Virus record (IMG/VR): IMGVR_UViG_3300048852_000022
Location: 1 to 34,323 of that record
DNA from: a virus
Lineage: Duplodnaviria > Caudoviricetes
Length of the DNA: 34,323 nt
Strand: one strand, 5' to 3'
Both the position numbers and the translations under genes were made by a program. Positions within the stretch are counted from its first letter, which is position 1. Each line of letters begins with the position of its first letter. The notes beneath the pieces were generated by a model. The model ran no database searches, was not told the DNA's origin, and saw nothing but the letters and a program-made list of their open reading frames with translations. Below are positions 16,249 to 26,620 of this stretch, piece after piece.

Positions 16249-19122
16249 ATGTCTGAAGCTACCCTTGGTTTCAAGATCGACAGTTCGCCGGCCGTCAAAG
16301 GCGCGGCTGACCTGGATCAGCTGACGGCAGCCGCCGGCCGCACTCAACAGGCTGTTGGAAAGCTCGAGAACGAGGTCGAACAGCTTGGCGGCGCGCTTGG
16401 GAAGGCAGGGCAGGGCGCTGGCAAGCTTAAGCCGCCGATCGACGATCTCGGCCGTTCGTTCGGCTCGCAGGATGAGCATGTGCGTGCCTTCCGGATGGAA
16501 GTCGAGCGGCTCACGCTGAAGTATCAGCCGTTGGCGAAAGCCACGCGCGATTACGAGGCCTCGATTGGTGAAATCCAGCGGGCGCACAAGGTCGGCGCGA
16601 TCACGGCGCAGGAGATGACGCAGGCGCTTGATCGTGAGCGCCAGGCCTATGAGCGCCTGAAGACGTCGGCGACGGCCGCCGGCGCTGCCGTGAAGGCTGC
16701 GAACCAGAACCGTGGCGGTGCGCAGGGCTTCAACTCTGCCAACGCCGCATTTCAGTTTCAGGACATCGCCGTCACCGCGGCTATGGGCATGAACCCGCTG
16801 ATGATCGGTCTACAGCAGGGCACGCAGCTCGCATCGGTGCTCGGATCGATGGAGCGGCCGGTGTCCGGGCTTGCTGCCGCCTTCGCATCGCTCATCAGCC
16901 CTGTTTCGTTGGTCACAATCGGGCTGACGGCAGGCACGGCCGCGCTGATCCAGTATTTCATGACGGCAGAGAGCGGCACGGACAAGACGAGCAAGCTCTT
17001 CGAAGAGCAGAACGACCTGATCCGACGCGCGGCTGCGCTTTGGGGCGACGCAGCGCCGCAGCTGAAGGCCTATGTCGACGAGCTCGATCGCGCCGACAAG
17101 ATCACTCAGGGCCGCGAAGCTGGGGAAATCCTCGCTGGCCGGGAGCTTGAAGGCCTTGGCGAGGAGTTGCAGGGTGTCAATCGTCAGTTCTCAGAAGCCG
17201 TTCGCGGCCTCCGTAGCATCGATGCTGATCCCGCGTTCATCCGTGATTTCTCGCAGGCCTTCGGTGACCTGCGCGAGCGCCTCGACGAGGGTACCGCATC
17301 GATAGCGGACATCAACAATGCTCAGCGCTTCTTGTCCGAAGCGGTGGATCGCTACGGGATCAAGTCGGTCCTCGGCTTCAGGGACGCATTCGACCAAATC
17401 ACAAAATCGATCCGAGATAGCATTGAGGCGTCTCGGGAGGCCCGCGCCGCGTGGATCGCGGGCATCGCTGGTGCCAGTAACGTGCAGGACATCATCTCCG
17501 GATCGTTCTTCACCGAGAACGGCAGGACGATGCGCACCGCGGACTTCATGCCGCGCAACCCGGGCGTTCCGACCAGCCGACCGAATATCGAATTGAGCGG
17601 AGATCCGGACGCCACGACCATCCTCAACTCCGATGGCCGCCTGACTTCCGTGCCGGTGCCAGGGCAGAAGCCGAACTTCTTCGAGCTCGAAGCACAGAAG
17701 GAGAAGGTCGACGACGTCACCAAGGCCTACCGCCAGGCGGCAGAAGCAAAGGCTGATTTCTGGCTCGACATCTCGTTCCAGGAACGGCAGGCCGAGCGCA
17801 GCGCCATGGACCGGCAGGTTGCGTCCACGCTCACGCGCTACGGCTTCAATGAGGACCTGAATTCGCCCGAGGCTGATGCAATCCGCCAAGGCCTTCGGCG
17901 GGAAGAAGCAAAGGACGCCTTCAAGGGGTTCTTCGACGGCATCCACCAGGAGGCGTGGGCGAACGGCGGCAAGATCGGCGATGCGATCGTCAAGTCGGCT
18001 CTGAGCGCTGCCCAGAAAGCCAGCGAAAAGGCTTGGGACGCCATCTTTGATCAGCTGGCCACCGCTGCTGCAAACTGGCTGACCGGAGGAAGCGGCAAGT
18101 CTTCCGGCGCGTCCGGCGTCGTCAGCAACATCCTCGGTGGGGCAGCGAACGACAATGCCACCTTTGCCGCTCCGGTAGGCGCCGTGAGCCGATCGTCGCT
18201 CGGCCCCGTGTCGGGGTCAGGTGCGGAACTCGCTTGGAACTTCTGGAAGTCGAAGGGGCTCGCCGATCATCAGGTCGCCGGCGTCCTCGGCAACATCAAG
18301 GCCGAGAGCGCCTTCAACCCGCTGGCCGTCGGCGACGGTGGCAATGCCTTCGGGCTCTACCAGCACAACGACCGCAGGAACAACCTGTTCAGTGCGATTG
18401 GAGGGAAGGGGAACCTGAGCAACGCTCTGGCGCAGCATGAATTTGCCTATAGCGAACTCATGGGGCCGGAAAACCGTGCATGGCAGGCGCTGACGAGAGC
18501 GGGCAGCACCCGCGAGGCCACGGCGGCGTTCGCCGGATTCGAACGCCCGTCCGGCTTCTCTTGGGGCAATCCAGAAGGCGCCCATAACTTCGCCGGACGG
18601 CTCAACGGCGCTGAAGAGGCTTTGGCGAAGTTCGGCGGTACCGCGCAGCAGGCGACGCAAGGCCTCGGCCAGTTCGGAAACGGATTGAGCCAGGTCGGTT
18701 CTTCGCTTGCAACGGGCGGATCAGGCGGGGGCTCTGGGTGGCTTTCCTTCCTGTCCGGAACGATCTTCTCCGGATCCGGCCAGTTGGCGAGGAGCGGGGG
18801 CATCGGTCTTTTCGCCAATGGCACGAACTATGCACCGGGCGGCCTGTCGATCGTCGGCGAGCGCGGTCCGGAGCTCGTCAATCTCCCGCAGGGCTCGCAG
18901 GTGTTCGACACCAACAGGAGCGCCCGGATGATGGCCGGAAACGGCAATAACAGCAACGCTCCGGCAAACCTCAACGTCAATGTGATCGGTGCCAACGGCG
19001 ATGAGCACGTCCGCGCCCTTGTACGGCAAGGCGTCGGGCAGGCGCTGTCTCAGTATAACGAGCAGCAGCGCCGCGTCGGCTTCGGGGAAACGCAGAAGCG
19101 ATTCGTAGCGCAGAAGGGCTGA
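16249..19122 (+). CDS. Tape measure protein with phage tail lysozyme domain
   Basis: 957 aa, Ala-rich, with TMP motif QFQDIAVT..MG.NPL.I.LQQG.Q. Lysozyme2-like segment AGVLGNIKAESAFNP...AFGLYQH...FERP and C-terminal FANG...VGERGPELV. Confidence 0.92.
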   Translation: MSEATLGFKIDSSPAVKGAADLDQLTAAAGRTQQAVGKLENEVEQLGGALGKAGQGAGKLKPPIDDLGRSFGSQDEHVRAFRMEVERLTLKYQPLAKATRDYEASIGEIQRAHKVGAITAQEMTQALDRERQAYERLKTSATAAGAAVKAANQNRGGAQGFNSANAAFQFQDIAVTAAMGMNPLMIGLQQGTQLASVLGSMERPVSGLAAAFASLISPVSLVTIGLTAGTAALIQYFMTAESGTDKTSKLFEEQNDLIRRAAALWGDAAPQLKAYVDELDRADKITQGREAGEILAGRELEGLGEELQGVNRQFSEAVRGLRSIDADPAFIRDFSQAFGDLRERLDEGTASIADINNAQRFLSEAVDRYGIKSVLGFRDAFDQITKSIRDSIEASREARAAWIAGIAGASNVQDIISGSFFTENGRTMRTADFMPRNPGVPTSRPNIELSGDPDATTILNSDGRLTSVPVPGQKPNFFELEAQKEKVDDVTKAYRQAAEAKADFWLDISFQERQAERSAMDRQVASTLTRYGFNEDLNSPEADAIRQGLRREEAKDAFKGFFDGIHQEAWANGGKIGDAIVKSALSAAQKASEKAWDAIFDQLATAAANWLTGGSGKSSGASGVVSNILGGAANDNATFAAPVGAVSRSSLGPVSGSGAELAWNFWKSKGLADHQVAGVLGNIKAESAFNPLAVGDGGNAFGLYQHNDRRNNLFSAIGGKGNLSNALAQHEFAYSELMGPENRAWQALTRAGSTREATAAFAGFERPSGFSWGNPEGAHNFAGRLNGAEEALAKFGGTAQQATQGLGQFGNGLSQVGSSLATGGSGGGSGWLSFLSGTIFSGSGQLARSGGIGLFANGTNYAPGGLSIVGERGPELVNLPQGSQVFDTNRSARMMAGNGNNSNAPANLNVNVIGANGDEHVRALVRQGVGQALSQYNEQQRRVGFGETQKRFVAQKG

Positions 19123-19125
19123 TGG

Positions 19126-19860
19126 ATGGCAGTCTACATCAACCAGCCTACCGTGCCGATCATGTATCTCCGGCCGACCCGGGCGAGTTTCGACAATCCC
19201 GGGTCGGCGATCGACGGCGGCGTCAATGGTGTCGGGGAGTCGATCAGTATCGAGACCAGCGGCGGCGGTATCGTCACTGCCGTCTATGAGCGGTGCGTCC
19301 TACAGGCAGAAGACACTGAGCGGCACGAGGTCATCAACTGGCTCGGGGCACGTGGGAACGGCGGCTATCGCTTCTTCAACGTCCCGATTATCAATGACGG
19401 GATCGGACCGTTCCCCATCATCGATGGCAAGAAGCGCCCGATCGTCAAGGGCATTCCGCATTCGGATGGTTCGTTCTTCTCGGACGGTTCCGGCTACAGC
19501 CAGGCCACCGTGTACGGGGAAGTAACCGAGGCGGCCGGCCTCGGAGCGGGTATCTTGAAAATGCGCGTCTACGGCGCCGCACGGCCGCTGCGCTGGTCGG
19601 ATTGGTTCTCGATCTATCATCCAACCAAGGGATGGCGGGCCTATCGGTACTGGGAGGTCATCTCTAAGACGAGCGAAACCAATCCGGTCTACACACTTGC
19701 TATCGCTCCTCCGTTGCGCGAGGCGGTGACCGCCGGAACCCGCGTCGAGCTCGCGCGGCCGATGTGCGTCATGAAATTCCCCAGGGGCTACAGCCTGCCG
19801 TGGGATTATGAGGGCTGGTATCACTCGCGCCCCACGCTTCAGTTTACGGAGGCGTTCTGA
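19126..19860 (+). CDS. Distal tail (Dit-like) protein
   Basis: First gene after TMP; motifs IPHSDGS.FSDGSGY, I.PPLREAV.AG and terminal F.EAF. Confidence 0.7.
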   Translation: MAVYINQPTVPIMYLRPTRASFDNPGSAIDGGVNGVGESISIETSGGGIVTAVYERCVLQAEDTERHEVINWLGARGNGGYRFFNVPIINDGIGPFPIIDGKKRPIVKGIPHSDGSFFSDGSGYSQATVYGEVTEAAGLGAGILKMRVYGAARPLRWSDWFSIYHPTKGWRAYRYWEVISKTSETNPVYTLAIAPPLREAVTAGTRVELARPMCVMKFPRGYSLPWDYEGWYHSRPTLQFTEAF

Positions 19861-20459
19861 TGGAGTTCGTCCCCGCACACATCATCGAGGAGATGCGCGG
19901 CAGCCATCAGCTCGGCATCTTCCTCCGGGTCGATACGGATCCTGCCTTGCATCTCTGGTTCGGGATCAACGACATCCCGGCCAACTTCGACAGCATCGAT
20001 CCAACCGGAACCGTCTATCTCGGCGGCGGCCGTCTGATCGGCGTGCCGACTCTCGAGGTGCTGGTCAACGGTACGGCCGACAGCGTCGAATTCACGCTTT
20101 CCGGGCTGGACCCCGCGACATCGGCGAAGATGCTCGACAGCCTGCCGCCGGTGCGCGGCGCAGCGGTCCAGATGGGGCTGACGACGCTCGATCGGTACTT
20201 CCAGCCGATGAGCAGCATCATCCCGATCTGGACGGGGACAGCTTCTCATACCGGGGAGGTGAGCCCGCCGGTCGAGGAGGGAGATAGCCCGAGCATCACG
20301 CTTTCGCTTGCCGTTGTATCCGGTGAGGCGACCCGGTCCCGCGGCGCACGCTCGGTCTGGTCCACTCCGCATCAGAAGGCAATCTCGCCGACCGACAAGT
20401 TTTGCGACGGCGTCAGCCGACTTGCCAGAGGCGTACAGCCAGTCTGGCCAAATTTCTAA
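19860..20459 (+). CDS. Tail tip / hub protein (gpL-like position)
   Basis: Coupled TGATG junction; motifs YLGGG.L..VP.LE, TLSGLD and Q....P.D.FC. Confidence 0.65.
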   Translation: MEFVPAHIIEEMRGSHQLGIFLRVDTDPALHLWFGINDIPANFDSIDPTGTVYLGGGRLIGVPTLEVLVNGTADSVEFTLSGLDPATSAKMLDSLPPVRGAAVQMGLTTLDRYFQPMSSIIPIWTGTASHTGEVSPPVEEGDSPSITLSLAVVSGEATRSRGARSVWSTPHQKAISPTDKFCDGVSRLARGVQPVWPNF

Positions 20460-20467
20460 GGAATGCC

Positions 20468-20887
20468 ATGACATTGCAGGAATTTCTTAGCCTGCCACAC
20501 CAGTTCCGGTGGGGCGGGGTGGCTGGCGACGATTGCACGACCTTCTGCGGAACGTGGCTACGCGAAAGCGTCGGCGTGGATCCTGCGGAAGCTTATCGCG
20601 GCACATACAGCACGGCCGAGGGCGCTCACGACATTCTTTCCAAGGCTGGCGGGCTGGTCGCCTTTGCCGCAGCCGCACTTGAGCCGCTCGGCTTCGTCCG
20701 TACCGACGAGCCGCGCGACGGCGACGTCGGTGTTGTGCTCGCGCCTGCCGGCATGACTGGCGTTAAGGAAGTCTGCGCCATCCGTTTCGGCCCGCTCTGG
20801 GCCCTGCTGGCGCCGTCCGGTGTCATCGCCAAGAAACTTGATCACGTTGCAGCCTGGCGCGCGCCGGATGGAGATCGAAACGAATGA
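20468..20887 (+). CDS. NlpC/P60-like tail assembly protein (gpK-like)
   Basis: FRWG....DCTTF..W.....G.DPA..YRG.Y and P.DGDVGV motifs. Confidence 0.75.
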   Translation: MTLQEFLSLPHQFRWGGVAGDDCTTFCGTWLRESVGVDPAEAYRGTYSTAEGAHDILSKAGGLVAFAAAALEPLGFVRTDEPRDGDVGVVLAPAGMTGVKEVCAIRFGPLWALLAPSGVIAKKLDHVAAWRAPDGDRNE

Positions 20888-23091
20888 GTTTCCATCACCG
20901 CATGATGCTGCAGCGCTATGGGTTGGGCTGCACGACGTCGCTTTACAGCGAGGTTCTGTTCGATCCGATCTTCACGCCGATCTTCACGGCCGTGCTTGGT
21001 ACCGGCGGGTTCGCGATCGGTGCGACAACGATCACCTACGCCTCGATTGCGTCGGCGATCGCCACGACTGCTATCTCGATTGGGCTCAATGCTCTTCTGG
21101 CGCAAGCACCGAAGCCACCGAAGCCAGAGGACGGCCGAGCACCGCTCAACCAGGCGATACCGTTCCGCATCTATGCCGTCGGCCGCACGCGCGTTGCCGG
21201 CGCGCGCATGATGTGGGAGGCGAAGGGCTCTAATCTTTATTCGGTGCAGGCGATCGCCGGCCATCGGATCAAGTCGTTCAACCGGTTCTACCTCAACGAC
21301 GACGAGGTGACGGTGGTCGACAATGTCGTGACGCCGCTTACGACGGGTGGCCGGTATGGGGCAGGGTCGGCCAATGTGAGGCTGTATACCCGCCTCGGAG
21401 CGAACCCGGAAACGCCCTATGCCGAGATCGTCTCCGCTCTGGGCGCAGATGGCATCTGGACCAACGACCATCGCGGAGACGGGCAGGCGTCGCTCGCCAT
21501 GCGGGCGCACAACGCGGATGCGCAGGATCAGCAGACGGCGTTTCCGTACGGGGCACCGTCGCCATCGGTAGAGATCGACGGCGCCTATTGCTGGGACTTC
21601 CGCGACCCGGCGCAGAGCCCGACCAATCCGAACACTTGGACTTGGACCCGCAACAGCGCGATCATTCTTGCCTGGCATCTCTGTTTTAACGAGTTCGGCT
21701 TTGGCCTCGATTATACAAAGGCCCTGCTTCCGGTCATCGATCTCTGGAAAGAGGAGGCTAACGTTTGCGACGAGCTGGTGCCGTTAAAAGGCGGCGGCAC
21801 AGAACGGCGCTACGAGTGCAACGGCTGGGACACGACAGAGAACGGCCCGAAGTCAGGGCTGAACGCGATCCTCGCAACGTGTGACGGTCACCTCGTCGCC
21901 CGCGGCGACGGAGCCCGTATCCTCACGGTCGGCAAGTTCCGCGAAAGCAGGACAGCAACGCTGACCGATGCCGACATCGTCGGCCACAACGTCCAGTACG
22001 GTGTGCTCTTCGAGGACGAGTGCAACCGCCTGGTTCCGAAATTTACCTATCCGGCCACGAACTACACGAGCTGCGACACCGACTTCTTCGAGGACACGGA
22101 CGCGCAGATCGCCGCCGGCCGCGTCCTCACCATGGAGGGAGCCTACGAGTGGTGCCATCAGTGGCGGCAAGCGCGCCGCCTCGGCAAGCGTGATTGGCTG
22201 CGTCAACGCCAGGAGGTCAAGGGCAGCCTTGATGTTCGCCTTTCCGGCATCAACGCCGTCTATGCGCGTTGGGTCAGGCTCGAGACGCCCAAGCGGCTGC
22301 CTAAGCTCGACGGGAAGCTGGTTGAGAACCGCCGGTCTATCGTTGCCCTCACGAAGGGCGGTTTTACGATGGACTTCATCGAGCATCCCGAAGGCATCGA
22401 CAACTGGAACCCAACCACGGAAGAGGGGCAACAACCGCCCGTACCGCCGGCGGTAAATGCTTCGGACATTCCGACGCCGGTTATCAATCTCATCCAGGCG
22501 AAGGCCAAAGGCGGCAGCGTCTACATCCGAGTCGTGGTCATCGACCCAGAGGACGGTAGCTATACGCCGGTCGTTCGATACAGGGTGGCGGACGCAGACG
22601 GATTGGGAACTCCCGGTGCATGGGTGGAGCAGCGGAACCCAAGCGCGAATCCTTCGGGAGGATATATCAATCTTTCCACAGGGAATGTCCCCGTCGATGA
22701 AGTCTTGGACATCCAGGTCGCATTCATCGCATCCAACAGAAGGTATTCCAATTGGTCGGTAACGGAGACAGTTACCTCGACGGCTTATCCGAATCCTCCT
22801 GAAGAAGTGACGGATGTAAGCGCGACAGGGAGCGTGAACCCAGGCGAGGCTGTCTTCCAATGGACTTCCCCGAATGATGAAACCTACGAGGGCGCTCGCG
22901 CCTATTGGAACACCGTGAACTCCTTCACCGGCGCCACGCTTTTCGGAACGAAGTACAGCGGCCCCGATATCGTCAATCACTATCGTCTTACCGGTATCTC
23001 AGCGGGCATCCGCTACGGCTTTGTCGTGTCGGTAAATCCGTCGAATGTTCCGGGCGATCCGGTCCCGACCGGGCCATTCACCGTCTCCTGA
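20884..23091 (+). CDS. Central tail fibre / host-specificity protein (gpJ-like) with C-terminal FN3-like domain
   Basis: 735 aa; motifs WDFRDP.Q......TW.WTRN, W..EANVCDE.V, RYECNG and a C-terminal P..VT.VSAT....A.FQWT. Confidence 0.8.
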   Translation: MSFHHRMMLQRYGLGCTTSLYSEVLFDPIFTPIFTAVLGTGGFAIGATTITYASIASAIATTAISIGLNALLAQAPKPPKPEDGRAPLNQAIPFRIYAVGRTRVAGARMMWEAKGSNLYSVQAIAGHRIKSFNRFYLNDDEVTVVDNVVTPLTTGGRYGAGSANVRLYTRLGANPETPYAEIVSALGADGIWTNDHRGDGQASLAMRAHNADAQDQQTAFPYGAPSPSVEIDGAYCWDFRDPAQSPTNPNTWTWTRNSAIILAWHLCFNEFGFGLDYTKALLPVIDLWKEEANVCDELVPLKGGGTERRYECNGWDTTENGPKSGLNAILATCDGHLVARGDGARILTVGKFRESRTATLTDADIVGHNVQYGVLFEDECNRLVPKFTYPATNYTSCDTDFFEDTDAQIAAGRVLTMEGAYEWCHQWRQARRLGKRDWLRQRQEVKGSLDVRLSGINAVYARWVRLETPKRLPKLDGKLVENRRSIVALTKGGFTMDFIEHPEGIDNWNPTTEEGQQPPVPPAVNASDIPTPVINLIQAKAKGGSVYIRVVVIDPEDGSYTPVVRYRVADADGLGTPGAWVEQRNPSANPSGGYINLSTGNVPVDEVLDIQVAFIASNRRYSNWSVTETVTSTAYPNPPEEVTDVSATGSVNPGEAVFQWTSPNDETYEGARAYWNTVNSFTGATLFGTKYSGPDIVNHYRLTGISAGIRYGFVVSVNPSNVPGDPVPTGPFTVS

Positions 23092-23114
23092 CACCCCTAA
23101 GTCGCAAACCTGTC

Positions 23115-23143
23115 AACGGCCCCGGTTCAACTCGGGGCGTTTT
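23115..23143 (+). terminator. Terminator-like hairpin before the tailspike gene
   Basis: GCCCCG-GTTCAACT-CGGGGC followed by GTTTT. Confidence 0.5.
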
Positions 23144-23158
23144 CGCATGGGAAAAATC

Positions 23159-25681
23159 ATGGTCGAACTTGCCGCAAACATTTGGGCCGACGGCCCTTCG
23201 TCTGATCCGTATGAGCCGAAGAAGGAACAAATCCGCGCGTGGGGGGCGTGGGTCGAAGGGATCATCACGGCATTTACCTCGTCCGGCGGCCTGATCTATT
23301 CCAGCAAGACGGCACTCGATGCAGATTTGTCGAAGGCTGCCAACAGCGTGGCGTGGGTCATTGGAGATCCCATTGCTGCGAACAATGGCGTCTACGGCAA
23401 AGTAGGCGCCTCGGGAACGGGTTCTTGGACGCGGCGCAGCGATCTGCCCTTCAGTTTCATCATCGCATCCGATGCCGGCGCCGGCACGCCAAACGCCATT
23501 CAGGCGACGACCGCCATTCCGGTCAGCGGCTCCGCGCTGATCTGGATGAACGTTGCGGATACGAACACCGCAACTCCGGTCACGGTCAGCTTCAACGGCG
23601 GCTCTGCGTTGACGATCAAGAGCAACAGCGGCGAAGACGTCGAGGTCGGCGGCCTCCAGGCCGGTATGATCCTGCTTGGCGTCGTGTCTGGCTCGACGTT
23701 CCGGCTGTTTAGCGATGAGACAATTGCCGCGAAGCTCTATGCGGCAAGGGACGCCGCAGAAGCCGCGCAAGGCGCTGCAGAAGCAGCCCGAGACATCGCA
23801 CTCGACGCTGCAGGCGATACCGTTGCGCAAGGCAACGTGCCAATCTTCAGCAGCCCAGACACTGCTGCAACCTATAATCTCGTGGCGTTCAGCACGGTAA
23901 ACATCCTTCGCTTTTCGTCGTCAACACCGGTCGCGCCAGCCTATTACATCAAGGTTCCCCAGCCGGCGAATGTGGAGCCGACTACTCCGCTCAAGTTCCA
24001 AAGCGCCGATGGGTTTTGGTTCCGCATGTCGGCGGCACGGCTGGATCTGGCAGCATGTGGCGAAACACTTGACGTGGCCGTAGCGAATGCCATCGCGCAT
24101 GCGTCTGTTCCGACGATCATGGAATTAACGGCTGACATGACTATGGCGAACGACGCCACGGTGCCGAAGGAGTGGGATTTCCGCATTACAGCCGGCCGGG
24201 TTTTCCTAAACGGCAACAAGCTGAATCTGCAAGCCAACGTTAAGGCGCCTTGGCGCAAGGTCTTTAATGACGATGGCGGCGGTTCTGTTGTCGGCATCAA
24301 GCGACCGTTTCTATACTGGTGGGGTGCAAAAGCGGATTGGAATGGCTTCACTGGGACAGATTGCTCCCCGGCGCTGCAAAAGGCCATTGTCTGTGTCCAA
24401 TCCTCTGAGACAGGGTCTAGCGACGGGCACGGACACCCTGCGGTTATAGCTGGCGGCGGGTCACATAGGCTTTCGTCTCCGGTGATATTCAATCCCGCTC
24501 TCGGTACGCCGACGGGTCTAGAAGGCAACGGGGCGATGCTCGGCACCGCCAGCGGCACGCGGTTCGCATCTGAAATGTCATCTGGTATTTGCTTTTACAT
24601 TGCCGCGACGTACCTTCCGTCAGAAGACGGCAGGCTGTGCAGTTTCAGGTTCAAGTATTACGTTTTGGACGAATCGTATGGATCTGGAAATGCCACGGTG
24701 GGCATGTTCTTCGGAGATGCAGGAACCGATGCCGGCGACCCGAATAACGGTTCACGTATGCTGGACAGCGCGGCGATCCTCAATGTGATCGAGGGCGTTC
24801 ACGTCCGCGAGTTCCTGGTGAACGTCCAGATGACGAACGTTCGCAACGTGCTCATCACCAATTGCCAGTTCGAAAGCAAGGCGAAGGTGGGTAAGAGCCT
24901 CGCGATCAGCGTCACCAAGTCGGGCAAGTTTAGTGGCGAAATCGTGATTGATCGAAATGTCGTGCTCATCCAGCCTGCCAACCAGGGCACGGCTCTGGAA
25001 ATCAGTATCCCAGCGACCATCACCGACAACGCTGAAATCCGTGGCATCAAAATACTGACCGGCGGTATCTATGGCGGTCAGTACAAGGTCAACATCGACG
25101 TTCGCTCGAATGCGACCTACAAGGGATATGCTGGCCACTTCTGGTACGACAACGGATATCAGCTAGACGCCGGGTTCCTCGTGTTCTCGGATTACGGTCT
25201 CTATATGCAAGCACATGGCCCGAATTCGAGAATCGAAGAAATCCAACTTAATAGCCCATATTTCTCGGGCATCACTGTCGCCGGGATATGGGGTCAGCAG
25301 GTCACCGATGGAACGGGATTTGGAATCATCCAGGCCGTCAGCATCAGGTCGCCCAAATTCAACTATTGCGTCAACGAACTCATTCACTTCGAAGGAGGTC
25401 GGGGTATAACAGTTGACGATGCAACGATCTATGATAGCGGCGCCGCCTCTAGCACAGCCACTCGCTATTTCTACTTCAACAGCGTGACGGATTTCTCTGT
25501 GACCCTCACGAAGCGCATAAAGAACGATCCAGTGGCATGGCCTGGCGGTACGATCACGAAGGGCGTCCAGATCGATGGCGCGTCCGATCGATACGTGGTT
25601 CGAGGGAACAGTTTCCTCACCACGACGCCTGTAAACGACAACGTCTCTGCGACCAACAGAGACGTTGCGGCAAACTGGTGA
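23159..25681 (+). CDS. Tail fibre/tailspike with probable beta-helix (pectin-lyase-like) depolymerase region
   Basis: Anchor-like N-terminus, helical linker (AARDAAEAAQGAAEAARD), then WGAKAD...TDCSPALQKAI, the typical entry into a beta-helix, and repeated V-x-I-x-N strands. GC falls in the distal part. Confidence 0.75.
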   Translation: MVELAANIWADGPSSDPYEPKKEQIRAWGAWVEGIITAFTSSGGLIYSSKTALDADLSKAANSVAWVIGDPIAANNGVYGKVGASGTGSWTRRSDLPFSFIIASDAGAGTPNAIQATTAIPVSGSALIWMNVADTNTATPVTVSFNGGSALTIKSNSGEDVEVGGLQAGMILLGVVSGSTFRLFSDETIAAKLYAARDAAEAAQGAAEAARDIALDAAGDTVAQGNVPIFSSPDTAATYNLVAFSTVNILRFSSSTPVAPAYYIKVPQPANVEPTTPLKFQSADGFWFRMSAARLDLAACGETLDVAVANAIAHASVPTIMELTADMTMANDATVPKEWDFRITAGRVFLNGNKLNLQANVKAPWRKVFNDDGGGSVVGIKRPFLYWWGAKADWNGFTGTDCSPALQKAIVCVQSSETGSSDGHGHPAVIAGGGSHRLSSPVIFNPALGTPTGLEGNGAMLGTASGTRFASEMSSGICFYIAATYLPSEDGRLCSFRFKYYVLDESYGSGNATVGMFFGDAGTDAGDPNNGSRMLDSAAILNVIEGVHVREFLVNVQMTNVRNVLITNCQFESKAKVGKSLAISVTKSGKFSGEIVIDRNVVLIQPANQGTALEISIPATITDNAEIRGIKILTGGIYGGQYKVNIDVRSNATYKGYAGHFWYDNGYQLDAGFLVFSDYGLYMQAHGPNSRIEEIQLNSPYFSGITVAGIWGQQVTDGTGFGIIQAVSIRSPKFNYCVNELIHFEGGRGITVDDATIYDSGAASSTATRYFYFNSVTDFSVTLTKRIKNDPVAWPGGTITKGVQIDGASDRYVVRGNSFLTTTPVNDNVSATNRDVAANW

Positions 25682-26599
25682 TCAAAGAAGCTTGGGGTTG
25701 ACCCAGTACTGGCCACCGTCGCGGGAGGTCCACCCGGTGACATCGGGCCGGTCGGCAAAATACTGAAACTTGGTTGGGCGCTCCCGCACGAGTGCCCAGC
25801 CGTTTGCGGCAAAAAGCTCGAGGAGTTGCCCTTCGATCAGACGTGAATGTGTACCTACAAAAAGGCGCCGGACTTTCGAATTAAGCAGCTCGATGGCAGA
25901 AGCCAGAACCGTCGCCTCGACGCCTTGAATGTCAACATGAACGAGGTCGAAGGTCTCTCCGTCAATCACATCGGCGAGCGTGATCGCGGTTACTTCCTCG
26001 TTTTCAACGACACGACCGACATAATCTACTCCGGTGTTCTCCTCGACGGCCTGGCCGCCGTTCTGGCCGAAGTCGGTCACTTTCGGGAAATAGAGAGTGC
26101 CTGGATGAGAGGCGACCGCTGCCTTGATGGTGCGAACCGTCGCCGGATCGACGCCATTGTCAGCCAAATGCTGCGGGATGAGGTCGTACAGAGTTTGGCT
26201 GGCTTCGACGGCGGTAATGTAGGGGGTGAGGCCGCGGCGCGTAGCGTTGATATGTGCCGCGCAGCTCCATGGCGCATAAGAAGCACCAATCTCGGCCATT
26301 CTGAACGTGTCGCGGCTGTTGTTGATCGCGTCGAAGAGAACGAAGTATTCGATTGCCTCGGCTCGTAGGGCATCGTCGGGGATCGGTAGGTCTTTGATCA
26401 CCCAACCGTTCATATGGATTGCCCATGGATGGTATTCCGATCGAGCCTTGATACCCATGAAGTCGGTTATCATGCCTGGAGTGCCGTCAGTCTCCACGTG
26501 GTACGAGGCAAACAACTCTCTGTCGGACACCTCCCACCCCCCGAAAAAGTCATCGAGGAGGGCGGCTCGGGACGCGATGGCAGCATCTACGCGGGACAT
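25682..26599 (-). CDS. FkbM-family SAM-dependent methyltransferase
   Basis: Motifs AEIGASYAPWS, ITAVEA, IKAAV and FDLVHVDIQGVE..VL. Confidence 0.85.
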   Translation of the reverse strand: MSRVDAAIASRAALLDDFFGGWEVSDRELFASYHVETDGTPGMITDFMGIKARSEYHPWAIHMNGWVIKDLPIPDDALRAEAIEYFVLFDAINNSRDTFRMAEIGASYAPWSCAAHINATRRGLTPYITAVEASQTLYDLIPQHLADNGVDPATVRTIKAAVASHPGTLYFPKVTDFGQNGGQAVEENTGVDYVGRVVENEEVTAITLADVIDGETFDLVHVDIQGVEATVLASAIELLNSKVRRLFVGTHSRLIEGQLLELFAANGWALVRERPTKFQYFADRPDVTGWTSRDGGQYWVNPKLL

Positions 26600-26620
26600 G
26601 AAAATTATCCTGTTTTCTAG

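Noticed and set aside
20884-25681. Diversity-generating retroelement or invertible tail-fibre shufflon
   Set aside because: There is no reverse transcriptase, invertase, template/variable repeat pair or inverted crossover site in the window.
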